A model generated the notes under the pieces. That model did not search any database. It had not been told where the DNA came from and worked only from the letters and a program-made list of their open reading frames with translations. From Lophium mytilinum (lineage: Eukaryota), in assembly GCA_010093605.1 (NCBI GenBank), contig MU004189.1, positions 1,061,834 through 1,125,833 on the forward strand: a stretch of DNA of 64,000 bases, given 5' to 3'. Positions 25,901-38,005 of the stretch are shown piece by piece. Within the stretch, counting starts at the first letter, position 1, and each line of letters begins with the position of its first letter. The position numbers were made by a program, and so were the translations under genes.

Positions 25901-28900
25901 GCATTAGTAGATAGTAGAGTATTCTAGAGCTTTATATTACTAAAATAGGTAGAGAATAAAGGCCTTCTATACTAAAAGAAATAGAAATCTAAGAAAGTCT
26001 AACTAGTAGATAACTAACTACTAGAGTACGGAGGAGAAGTAATTAACCTTAAAACCTAACTTATAATATTATTAGTAGCTAGCTATATAGAAATACTATA
26101 TATAAATATTATAGATATTAAAGGGCTAGATATAATTCTAGAATAGGATTAGCTCTACTAAAATAACCTAGTAATTAACTAGAAGAAGAGAGAAATAAGA
26201 CTAGTAGCCCGGGTGGCTAGAATTAGATAATTAGTTTAGTAATAACTAGAAAACTAGAAGAAAGAACTCTTTATAGGATAAATCTCTCTATATAAGATTA
26301 AGAGAATCTATAATAAATAACTAGTAGATATAGAAATTATCTAGCTATAATAAATAGCTACTATTAAAGAAGTAGTTATAGAGATACTATAAAAAAACTA
26401 CTTAGAGTTTAAGAAACTCTTTAAGAAGAATATTAAAAATATGCTACCTTAGAACTAGCTATAGAACTATATAATACTACTTAAGAAAGGGGTAAAGCTA
26501 ACCCCGGGACCTATCTATTTATTATCTTAAGATTAGTATAAGGCGCTGCAAGAATATATTAAGATAAACCTAGCTAAGGGCTATATTAAGGAAAGTAAGA
26601 GCTTAATAGCCTTACTAATCCTCTTTATACCTAAAAAGAATAGAAAACTATAACTATATATAGACTATTAAAGACTAAATAATATAATAATTAAGAATTA
26701 CTATCTATTACTACTTATCTAGGAGTTATAAGACTACTTATAAGAAGCTAAATAGTTTACTAAGTTTAATATCTAAGAGAAATATTACTATATTAAAATA
26801 ATGCCTAGTAAAGAGTAGAAGATAGCCTTTAGAATAAGGTTTAGACTCTATAAGTATAGAGTAATGCCCTTTAGCTTAACTAACGCCCTAGTAATATTCT
26901 AAGTACTTATTAACTACGCGCTATAATAATATCTTAATGTATTTATAACTATATATCTAGATAATATATTAGTATATACTAATAGAACCTTAAAAGAATA
27001 TAAGGAATATATATAAAAAGTACTTATAAAGCTATAAGAGTTTAGACTTCTAGTATACCTAGATAAAAGTAAGTTTTATATTATAATAATAGACTTCCTT
27101 AGCTTTATTATCTCCCGCAATAGAATTAAGATAGACCTAAAGAAGACTATAGTAGTCTTAAAATAGCTAACGCTATAAAATATAAAGGATATATAGTTAT
27201 TTTTTAGTTTTATAAACTTCTATAGAAAGTTTATTTAGAAATATTTAAAAACTACTATACCCCTTATAGAGATAACTAAGAAAGATAAGGGATTTTAATA
27301 GACGGTAGAAACGTAGACCGCGTTTAATAAACTTAAGAAGAAGTTTACTACCGCCCTAATTCTAATAATATTTAACCCGGAACTAGAAATAATAGTTAAG
27401 GTAGACGCCTTAGACTATACTATAGGCGCTTGCTTAAGTTAGAGGTACCTAGATAGAAAATGCTAACTAGTAGCATTCTATTTAAGAAAACTTACTCTAG
27501 AAAAACTTAACTATAATATTTATAATAAGAAGTTATTAGTAATTATAGTAGTATTTAAGTAATAGAGACTCTACCTTAAAGGACTAAAATACTAGATAAT
27601 AGTCTACTTTAACTATAAGAACCTTACAGCCTTTACTACTATAAAGTAGTTAAATAGATAATAAGTAAGATAGGTAGAGATGCTAGCCTTATTTAACTTT
27701 AAAATCTATTACTAGAAAGAATTAGAGAATAGAGCTATAGACGCGCTTAGCCGCTAATTAGACTATATACTTAGTACTAAACTAGTATATAATATAGTAC
27801 TTATAAGGGCTATAGACGGCACCTTATAATATAATAATCTAAAACTAGCAGTAATACTTAAGATAAGCAACGCTTAGATAAATAAATTCTAGAAAGAAGA
27901 TAGATATATAGAGGCCTTCTAATATAACACTTCTATAATCTTAGATAAAGATAGTAACTAGATATACCTAATAAAGAGAATGTTATAGGTACTAGAAGTA
28001 TACTATAAGAAACTTACTAAGGAATACTATAGCGCGCTAATGTATAGATACTAAGAATAAGAAAAAACCTTAGAGAGACTCTTAAGGAACTACTAGTTTC
28101 CCTAGATAAGAGTAATAGTAAAAGAAGTAATTAAGAACTGCAAAGACTATAGAAAAAATAGAATAGTAAGATACGCACCCTATAGATTACTTTAAAACCT
28201 AAGGGTTTCTAAATAACTATAGGATTTAGTAATAATAGACTTTATTATAAAGTTATCTCTATTAGTAGAACTAGGAACTAATATAAGCTATAACTTAATC
28301 TTAGTACTTATTAATTAACTTACTAAATTTTTATACTTTATACTAGTATAAGAAATATATAGTATAGCTAAGCTAGCTTATATAGTACTATAAATTCTAC
28401 TAAGCAGCTACTAGCTACCTAAGAAATTTATTACTAATAGAGATAAACTCTTTATTTTATACTTCTAGAAGACCCTTATAGTAAGGTTAGGGGTAAACTA
28501 TAAGCTCTTAATAAGTTTCTACCTATAGATAGATAGATAGATAGAATAAATAAACTAGACTTTTAAATAGTACCTATAAAACTATATTAACTATTAGTAG
28601 AATAACTAGGTAGAACTACTACCTATAGTATAGTTTACCTATAATAGCGCTAAATTAGCTATAACTAGCAAGTCCCTATTCTATATAAACTACAGCTATA
28701 AGCTAGAGGTATATTAAAAAGCTAGGAAAGATATAATAAACGCGTAAATAGTAATAGAAAAGGCGGCGTTGCTAAGAAACTTATATATATACCTTAACTA
28801 AAGTATTTAGGCTAGAAATAAGATAACTTAGGCATATATAGATAAGAAATAGTTAAATAGACTAATCTTTAAGAAGGGGGATAAGGTTTACCTATACTAA

Positions 28901-31779
28901 AAAAACCTTAAGACTAGAAGACCTAGTAAAAAACTTAATTATATTTAAATAGAACTATTTAAAGTTAATAAAGTTATTAGTTCTATAAACTATAAACTAA
29001 AACTACTAAAGAATATAAAAATCTACCTAGTATTCTATATATTACTACTTAAACTAGTACTAGTAAATACTAAACTCTAAACTACTATATAACTTAAGAA
29101 GGAGAATAAATATAAGGTTAAAGAAATCTTAGAACTATAGAAGATTAATAATTAGTAGAAGTACTTAGTTAGATAGAAAGAATAGAAAATAGACTAGAAT
29201 ACCTAGAAACCTATTAAGAACCTAAGAAACTACTAATAATTAGTAAACTAGTTTTACTAAAGAAATTTAGCAGCGCCGGATTCTAGGTAGAGGGAGACCC
29301 TAGGGCAGCCTAATTAACGTTCGCTAGTAGGTTAGAGGACCCGGGTAATAGCTATCTAGAGGATTAGGTAGTAGCTAGCTTCTCCGCCTCTTCTAAATTC
29401 TCTAACTTCTTAATAGAAGTAAGCTTCCGCTTAAATATCTTTTTATAGTAATACTTAAGAAGCTAGAGTTACTTCTAAATATAAATCTTGCGCATAAGTA
29501 TTACTTACTCTACCTCTTTATAAGTAAGTATAGCCGCCTCTATAGTAACTAGCTAAATCTAGAGCTTAGCCTCTACTTTCTTAACTTAAGTCTAGTATTT
29601 CTTAGTTACTACTAGATTGCAGGACTTTAGGTTGCAATTAAGGTACTTAGAGTACTAACTAGATATAGTATCTACTAGATAGTACTAATAGAAGCGCTAA
29701 TAGTTTCTATAGAGAGTTAGTATATTATAATTATAATTATAAATCTTAGAGGCTAGATATTTATAATAGATAGTTAAGGTTTTAACCTTAGGTATAGCAA
29801 GAAGAAGAAAGAGTAGAGAATACTACCTTAAGAGTATAGAGGTATCTCTAGCCTTATATAGAACTAAGATAGTATAAATTAACTTTTAAGCTAAAAGTCT
29901 TATAGGGGGAGTAAGTATTATAAACCTAGAATATAAGCTATTCTAGAATAAGTATTCTAGAAGAAGGATGGCCCTAGAATAGATATTCTAGAACTAATAG
30001 TATACTAGAATATAGGCTATTCTAGAATAAATATTCTAGAATAAGTAGAGTTCTAGAATAGAGGTACTAGAACCTAAGGGGACCTAGTATAGTAAGATAG
30101 ATATAGTTCTAGCTATATTTATATATAGAAGAGTATTTAGAGAATAGTAGAAAGATAACTAGAAAAGGTAGTAGTTATAAAATATAAGGTTATATAACTA
30201 ATCTTCTAGATCTTACTTAGTATAAACGCTAAGAGTAAGATTAAGAAGAGTAGAGGGTAATCTCTATAATCTTAGTAATCTTGCATTAAGAATAGAGATT
30301 AGGAAGAATAGAGAGAGCAGAACTAAATTATATAAAGGTTAAATAACTATAAAAGTCTAGAGAATTCCCTATTATCTTTTATTCTTTATACTTAACTTCT
30401 TATTATATCTAGCATATAGAACTTAACAGTAATTAATTATAACTTAAGTATTTTAACTATCTTTATATACTTCTAATACTATTAAAGCTACCTTTCTTCT
30501 AATATTCTACTTATTTATACTTAAACCTTATATTACGTATTAGCCTGTAACGCAGTTAACTAGTAGGTAAGTAGAAACCTAACTGTCTAGACTTTCCCCC
30601 TAAAGTCCCTTAGTATAATCTTTAGGTAAACGGGCAGTTTATAATATACTTCTTCCCCTAATAATATCTAGTAGAAATTATACTATCTTATAGAATTAGC
30701 TAAAACTAGGAATACTAATAGAATAAAGCTCTTTACTTACTTTAAAAATAAAATTAGAAAATTATAATAATTTTTAAGATAGTTATAAAGCTAAGAATAG
30801 TTTTTTCTAAATTACTTATTTTATAATTAAATATAGCTATAATTATAAAGTAAGCTTAAAACTAGTTCTAATAGCTTTTAATATACTTTATTACTACTAC
30901 TATAAATATTAAAGCTATTAGTATAATAAATTTAAATATAACTAAGCTTTAAAGTAGCTAGTTTTACTAAATACTAATAATTTTAAATATACTAGCTAGT
31001 ATAGTACTTTTATATAATAAAACTTTCTAAATAAGTTTAATATAGCTAAAAGCTTATATATTTACTAGTTATTAGCTAGTAAATAGATTTTAAGCTATAG
31101 TTATATAAAATATTAGTATTTTCTAATTTTATTATATTATAAAGAGTTTATATACTTTATTAGTATAATTATAAGCTATAACTAGTATAATAATATATAA
31201 TTAAAAGATAGTATACTTAAAACTAAATATATTTACTATTTAATATACTATTTCTAAGTTTTTATAAAATATTACTATTTTTTATTAATTTTTAAGTTTA
31301 AATAATAGTTCTCTTATATAACTCTACTATTTAAAGTACTATACTATTTAAAGTTATACTAGCTTTTATAAGAGGTCTTTCTATTACTTTTTAATAATAA
31401 TTTAAATATATAATTTAACTAGTAGAGTTTATTTCTCTAAATACTTAAGTATAAAATAATAGTAAAGCTTTTAATAGTTAATATATAGTTTTATAGAAGC
31501 TATATATATTATAGATATAAACTTTTAACTTACTTTATTAATAATTAAAATAGTTATCTAGCTTTAATATAATATTACTAGTTAACTTTAAAGCTTAATA
31601 GCTAAAAGATAAAAATTTAATTTCTAATAAAAATAAGTTCTACTAGTAGTTCTACTCTTTAGTATACTAGATTTTAAATTTTGAGCCTAAATTATAAGAG
31701 TGTTGTATTCTTATATGGTTTTATTGGGGGAAGAGCCGCGTGCACAAGCTAGTCCCGTGCACGAGCCGGTGCCTCCTTC
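22925..31779. mobile_element. TA-flanked TIR DNA-transposon remnant (probably Tc1/mariner-pogo type), interrupted by an LTR retrotransposon; RIPped body ~30652-31720
   Basis: TA|GAAGGCTGCACCGGCTCGTGCACCGGACTAGCTTGTGCACGCG... pairs with ...CGCGTGCACAAGCTAGTCCCGTGCACGAGCCGGTGCCTCCTTC|TA. The left TIR continues (CTTCCCC..AATAA) after the 3' LTR. A related TIR at 62137 borders a pogo/Fot1 transposase. Confidence 0.75.
22971..30646 (+). mobile_element. Full-length RIP-inactivated Ty3/Gypsy (chromovirus) LTR retrotransposon; LTRs 22971-23701 and 29916-30646
   Basis: Two 731-bp LTRs; TSD CGCTT/TACTT (related by transitions); PPT AGGGGGAGTAAG before the 3' LTR. Degenerate gag CCHC (~24640), protease ALVDS (~25900), RT VMPFSLTNA and YLDNILVY (~26860-26975), RNase H DA(S)DYTIGACL (~27400), integrase, chromodomain YKVKEIL..KYLVR (~29110-29170). 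Many TAA/TAG stops. Confidence 0.93.
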
Positions 31780-32041
31780 TACAACAGGTTTGGCTTGATC
31801 TTGGAGAGAGGCTGTCGGCCATCTAATACTTTAGTGCGTTGCGAAATAGCCAGAGTAATGTCAAGAAGCAACGAGCGAGAAAAACAGTACGGATCCAAGG
31901 CGACATCAACATATTCAAATCGAAGCTTGGTGCACCTGGATCCATCAATTTAGGGCTGAAATCGAGTTCATTGACATATGACTTGGTCTCGTACATCTAC
32001 ATCAGTCAGTGTAGCTGGTGTAATGTATCGGCCTTCCAGGT

Positions 32042-33036
32042 TCATATCCACTGCTTATTTCCAAAATGCGAGATAAAAGCACCACCAAACCCACTGTCGA
32101 TGCTGGCCTTCTCCCAAGTCGACCTGATAGTTCGAACGGCTTCGTCTACGGGCGTTGCGCCCTTGAAATCAGGAGCATAGGCTGCAAGCTTGCCCATGAA
32201 ACCCATCAAGCCTTGCATCTGTTCCGGAGTAACTGTGAGTTCGAATTAGCAGAACGTCCACATGTTCCAATCTTGAAATCAGAGACACGTACCACTGTCA
32301 AACTGGCCCACCTCTACCACTCCCGGGCTCATGCTCAGGAAGAGCACACCGTCTTTCTTGTATTGCGCGTTGAACTTGGCCACAATGACGTTCATGGCCG
32401 CCTTGGACGCAGCATACAAAGCACTGTTCTCAACCTCGAGATCGTTAATGAAGTCGAGGTCGGCATGACCGCTGGAAATGGCGATGACTTTCTTAACCTT
32501 ACCCTTAAGGACAAGAGGGACGAAGAGGTTAAAGAGGTGGATGTTGCCGACGACATTGGTCTTGAATAGCTTCGATGAAACATCCTCTAGCTCCTCGACC
32601 TTGTCGCCCCTGTTGAGCACATAGTGTTAGCCTCAGACCAGCCCAAACAGTAGCCAGAGGGAAGTGGACCTACAATGCGCCGATGGGGTCAAAGGCGTCA
32701 AAGTGGGACGGGAAAGCTCCGTTGGCAACTAGGTAGTCGATGCCACGCTCGCCAACAATCTTGGTAGTGTCGGTAGCGGCTTGCTTCAGAGTGGCGTAGC
32801 TCGTGAGATCTGCGTGGAGAATGTGGACATTGGAACGGTCGCCCAGCTCTGCTGCCACTTTCTTTACGGTCGCAGCCTTATCGCGAACTAGACCGACGAT
32901 GACGTTCTTCGGATCCTCCGAGATCTGCTTGACGAGCTCGAACTACACTGGATTGAGCACAAGCAATGTGTAAGACGGTATGAGGTGGCCTTACTCCGAT
33001 TCCCTTGGACACTCCAGTAATAAGGTAGACCGACAT
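32042..33036 (-). CDS. Short-chain dehydrogenase/reductase (CsgA/C-factor-like), multi-exon
   Basis: MSVYLITGVSKGIG Rossmann start, IDYLVANGA, FKTNVVG, YAASKAAMN (YxxxK), SPGVV, C-terminus FGNKQWI*. Confidence 0.88.
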
Positions 33037-33447
33037 GCTGAGAGATCTTAACTTGGCGTGAGAGGCAAAGTAGAGTACTGAGATATGAGATAGATTGTAA
33101 GTCTGCGTTGGAGTCTTCTGATATTTATACTCAGAGCACCTCGCAGCATCCGTGCGGAATCTCGAGAGCTAGCCCGCGCACAAGTTCAGGTCCGCTTTAC
33201 TACATGCCACGCCTCACCCATAAGAAGCTCTCTGTCTTGAAAGTTGGTCCCCTAGCAATGGAGGTGTTTTATATTGCGGACTAGCTTCCGCCGTTCGGGT
33301 TAGCGTGCGGGAAATTGGCCAATGGCGAAGCACCGAGCTGATGACAAATGCACGCCTCCATCCCCCTCGACTTCCGCTGCGGACACGATCGGGAGCCAAC
33401 TCTACCCCCGGAAGGATATTCTAAAGATTTGTCCTTGGACCAAGCAA

Positions 33448-34728
33448 ATGCGAACGGAACTGAACGCCTGTCGAGCCTGCGCAGGGTCGAAGCGAAAATG
33501 CGGTCGGCAGATGCCGTCCTGCGCACGATGCGCGGCTAGGGGCAGGTCCTGCGTCTACCCACTAAGAACAAGGCCAGCTTCCTCGTCTCGACCACTGATA
33601 TCGCGTGCGATGAGAGGCTCGGTGCCAAGAGTGGAGGATGGACTACTCACTGAGGTTACGGGCAGCACATCCTCCAGCACTGGTGACCTAATCCTTCCAG
33701 ACGACATTAGATGGGACATAGAGTTCCCATTCATGAACGGCGACTTCCCTACCCCGTTGTCTCTCATTTACACGCCCAGTGCGCCGGTGGTCAGGGCAGA
33801 CTGGTTCCTTGCGCCCGAGACGTGGGCGATATCCCAGAAATTCGACACGTCGGCCGATGCGCCAATTGGCAGAGTGGAGATGAAGAAGCACGTGATAGTG
33901 CTGCAGTCTTGGTTCGAACGCTGGGCTACCACCGGCAGCAATCCTTTTATCCACCCCCGTCTGTACAGTGCGAACGTCCCGGCGTGCGTGCAGGTCGCGT
34001 ATGCCACGCTAGCTAGCTACATCCACCGGACACCCGCAAACACGGACACGGTCCTCCAAATTGTAGAGGACAGATCAAACGATCTACTCCTGGAGAACGG
34101 GGCTATTCTGGACAGGGTTGGGGTGGAGGAGTGGGCTGACAGAGGGGAGCAAGACGTCGACCTGTTCACGCAGCTAACACGGCTGCACGCCCTTATGGTC
34201 TACCAGATCATCGGCCTCTTCGACGGCGACATCCGCGCCCGCCATGTCGCCGAAGGCCACATAGCCATTCAAAACAGCTGGGCCGCCAAGCTCTTTCACT
34301 CAGCCGCAAAGGCATTGTCAAACACTCAAACCGCTGCTGCCACGCATCTCGTCGGCTGTCTCCCAAGGCCATCCACCGACTCGCAACAACAATGGTACCT
34401 GTGGATTCTATCGGAGAGCATCCGCCGCACCTGGCTCATCGCCGCCAGCCTTTCCCCCATCTACGTCGCGCTGCAGCAGTGCTTTGCGCCCTGCCCCGGC
34501 GGCGTCATGTACACGAACCGTAGCGGCCTTTGGAATGCTGCGAGCGCTACTGAATGGGAGAGGCAGTGCTCGGCAAGGAGTGTAGGATTCTTGCAGCGCT
34601 TCGAGTGCGATAGGCTCCTTGACGACGCGGAACCCGCCGACATTGACGAGTTCGGGACGGCCATATTGGACATGACCTTCAGTGGGGAGTTGTTGGAGAA
34701 GTGGAGGGACAGAAGCGGTGGCTTCTAG
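33448..34728 (+). CDS. Zn(II)2Cys6 transcription factor (upstream in-frame ATG at 33322 also possible)
   Basis: CRACAGSKRKCGRQMPSCARCAARGRSCVYP binuclear cluster; GSNPFIHPRLY and WILSESIRRTWL C-terminal motifs. Confidence 0.9.
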   Translation: MRTELNACRACAGSKRKCGRQMPSCARCAARGRSCVYPLRTRPASSSRPLISRAMRGSVPRVEDGLLTEVTGSTSSSTGDLILPDDIRWDIEFPFMNGDFPTPLSLIYTPSAPVVRADWFLAPETWAISQKFDTSADAPIGRVEMKKHVIVLQSWFERWATTGSNPFIHPRLYSANVPACVQVAYATLASYIHRTPANTDTVLQIVEDRSNDLLLENGAILDRVGVEEWADRGEQDVDLFTQLTRLHALMVYQIIGLFDGDIRARHVAEGHIAIQNSWAAKLFHSAAKALSNTQTAAATHLVGCLPRPSTDSQQQWYLWILSESIRRTWLIAASLSPIYVALQQCFAPCPGGVMYTNRSGLWNAASATEWERQCSARSVGFLQRFECDRLLDDAEPADIDEFGTAILDMTFSGELLEKWRDRSGGF

Positions 34729-35594
34729 TTGCTGAGACATGTTTTGATGCGGCTTTTTATTTATTACTGCCTCATAGGCTCGGACGCGATGTAGAGGTTG
34801 GTAGACTGTATATAATACTCCCTTTTAGTGATATAGCTACCTACTAGCTGAGGCAATCATTACAGCAGTGTTCAACGTGCAAGGAACACGTGCGTTAGTG
34901 ATTTATCGGCGTCTCTAACTAAGTTTACGTCTACCTTATGCAACGATGAGGTCGTCAAAGAAAAGTTGAAAGATGAAAGAGTTGAGTGTTCACTATAAAA
35001 GTGGATTTTGACCGACCTAGCAACCTGACCGTGTCAGCCAGGTGCCACATGTTTGAAAGACGCACGAACAAAACTATATATACACATACTACGTCCTAAG
35101 ATGTTTTCGATTGACGACGGAGACACCCACGGAAATGTGGTACATCACGTGATGAACACCCTTCCGGCCCATGTCCATTAATAAATCCGGACAACGCCAA
35201 GGATAAGTCAGCCCAACTCTCCAAAATAGGGGAAATAATACGATTATCCTCTCAATAAGATCCCAAGCAGAGTTAAATCTTGTTGTGCTTGGTCTTCGGT
35301 GCCGTAGCTAGCCCGTCCTATCCCCGCGTAATGTGCTGGTTACATAATACAATCGCCCCAAAATTCGTCCGATCAGCACATTACGCGAGTCATTAGAGCA
35401 GCGAATGCTTGCATCCGTGACTTCGCTTAGAAATGTACGTGATACTGTGGAGTGTATAAAGGGTCAGCTGCGAAGGTGAAGCGGCACCGCAGGAAAGCCA
35501 GAACAGCATTGTTTGCATATTTGGCAGCGTTCCCTTCTTGACGAATAAAGCATTTTCGTATCGAAAGAGAAGAACTGCAACAGAATATTGGGAG

Positions 35595-36690
35595 ATGTCT
35601 ACCATTGTCGCAGTTGCAGGTGGATCGAGTGGGTTGGGCCGTACGATCGTCGACGCCTTGAAGGCAGATGGTCGATATGAAGTGCTGATTCTCGGACGCA
35701 AGGTATGTGATCATACAACTTCTCTTGGGCCCCCTTTCTCATCTCTCCCACGCGTGGAATTATGTCAACTAACAACATCTCCAGACGAACCCCAAGCTCG
35801 AAGAGGAATCCGGCGCACGCGTGCTCGCCGCCGACTACACAAGCGTAGACGCTCTCGTAGCGCTCTTAGAAGCGAATAAAATAGCGGTCGTAATCTCGAC
35901 CGTAAAATCGCTCGTGGATACAACTCCAGAGTTCAATCTGATCAAAGCGGCTGCACGCTCGAATGTGACGAAGCGGTTTATCCCGAATGCGTGGAGCGCG
36001 TTGGAGTTCAAGCATGAGTGAGTGGATGTAACACGCTTTACACAGTCTCGCTCAGCTTTTCTAACGCGGACATGAAGACCTAGATTCAAGAGCCTCCCGA
36101 TCGCTGTAGCAAGGCTCCAAGCCCTAGACGAACTGAAGAAGACGACTCTTGAGTGGACGGCTATCTACCCTGGGATCTTCATGGAATCGTTCGTGCAAGG
36201 CCTGCCAACGCATCTGACCGTCTACCCGCTCGAAGTCGACGTCGAGAACAACACTGCAGGGCTTCCGGTCAAGGGCGAAGGACCAATCTCTCTAACATAC
36301 TCACGCGACATCGCAAAGTATGTCGCTTCGCTCCTGAGTTTAGACAAGTGGGAGCAATCGTACTTCATCACGGCGGATGTGAAGACATGGAATGAGATCG
36401 TAGCGGCCGCGGAAGTCGGCAAAGGTGTGAAGTTCAACGTATCATACGACTCGGTCGAGAAACTGCAGAGGGGCGAGGTCACTGACTTGCCGGGGTATGC
36501 TAAGATGTATGAAGCGTTCGGGGGGGAAGCCGCGAAACCAATTGTGCAGGGGATATTTGCGCAGTATGGTCTTTGGATGGAAAAGGGGATTTTCAAGTAC
36601 AAGGGTGGAACGTTCTTGAATGATGTGTTTCCAGAAATCAAGCCTTTGACGCTGGAGGAGGCGTGGAAGAAAGCTGGTGGAAAAGCTTGA
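35595..36690 (+). CDS. NmrA/isoflavone-reductase-like NAD(P)-binding protein; introns 35703-35784 and 36018-36083
   Basis: MSTIVAVAGGSSGLGRTIVDAL, NLIKAAARSNVTKRFIP, LEWTAIYPGIFM, TYSRDIAKYV, TWNEIV. Confidence 0.88.
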
Positions 36691-37592
36691 GTGGTATCAA
36701 GCTTGGCCTAGGAGCCGAATGACTTCACTGGATGAGTGGAATAAGTTAAAGATATCATGGACCTAGTCGTGGCAGTTGAGTACTCACCTGGAAGTCTCCA
36801 CCGCAGCATCAATGGCAGACTGTTATCGAAATGCTGTCAATCTATAAAAGAAGAATCCCAACCGTCACCGGGGTGAAACTCCTTGCACACAGCCTTCTTG
36901 GAAGTGACTAAACGAGTGGCTGGACGAAGGGTGCCAATATCAAGACCTTTTCTAAGCTGGATTCTGAGCTATGTGTTTTAGGTAGGCAAGAGCTGGCGGG
37001 TCGGTACATCGGACGGCCGAACGGCAGAGATATACGTATCGCTGCATATGCTCGCGCAGCACAGCCACGTTCGCCTCAGCCTTGTGGGCCAACCACGGTC
37101 GCACCGAAAATTATGCCTGTGCAGATCCAGATTGTCTCACTAGAGTATGCTTGCCCATATGTGTGACGACTACAGCTAGCGTGCGCGGTGTTTGGGCCGG
37201 TCAAACGTCGATTGGTGCTCTCTCCAATGCCAAAGCTTTACCGCCCGTACTTGCCTCCCCGATCTTCACGATGATACACAAAGTGCCGTATCAGCCAGGA
37301 TTACCATGTCGAACACTTGCGTAATCAGTGCGCTAAAAGAGGTGAAACATGACTTGTAGTGTAATAAGGACTTTGTTAGAGCGTATGGGTGATATCGGCG
37401 CGGCACGGAAAGAAACACGAATGCTGCATTCATTTCCAGGGAATGCCGGTACATAGTATAAAGGCTAGCTTTTTCCGCTCGCCAGAGACGAGGCACCTTG
37501 GCTTAGTTCATTGATTATTTCTATTAATTCCATCAATCATAACTCTGTTTTCACACTCATCCGTTCAAGGTGTCAGTATTTCCGCAGACAAC

Positions 37593-38005
37593 ATGACTGG
37601 AGCCAACGGAAACCCATCAGACGCCGCGAACGAAGTCAGAGACGAGAACATCATAGCCTCCGGAGTCAGAAAGCCTAGTGCGGCAGAGGCTAGGGTTGCT
37701 TCAACTGAAGTACAGCAAGTTGCAGTGAGATTCGTTCTTTCCCACACTGCTGAATCGAGACCGTAGCGCTTACAAACGGATGCAAGGTAATGGATCCACC
37801 AACGCGTGGTGGCACGGCAATCGCTAGCTTCGGCGAGCGTCTCAGCAACCTTGATCAGAACGGTGATGTGCCGTACTCGATGGCTCGGTGGTTCTTGGAG
37901 GACCGACATGACAGTTATTGGACAGCTATCGGACGCTTTGACACGGTCCAACAGAATGACAAGAATTCTAAGAAGGAAGGAGTCGCCGAGAGGGATGCAA
38001 TGTAG
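37593..38005 (+). CDS. RW-x9-W microprotein copy 6 (116 aa); exons 37593-37724, 37787-38005
   Basis: Phase-0 GTGAGA..AAG intron (acceptor inferred from frame; a nearer TAG acceptor would give an early stop); motif VPYSMARWFLEDRHDSYWTAIGRF; TATAAAG at ~37457. Confidence 0.7.

Noticed and set aside
22923..31781. hAT assignment from TAGA(A/G)G termini
   Set aside because: No 8-bp TSD. Reading TA as the TSD fits, and the related TIR at 62137 borders a pogo/Fot1 transposase.
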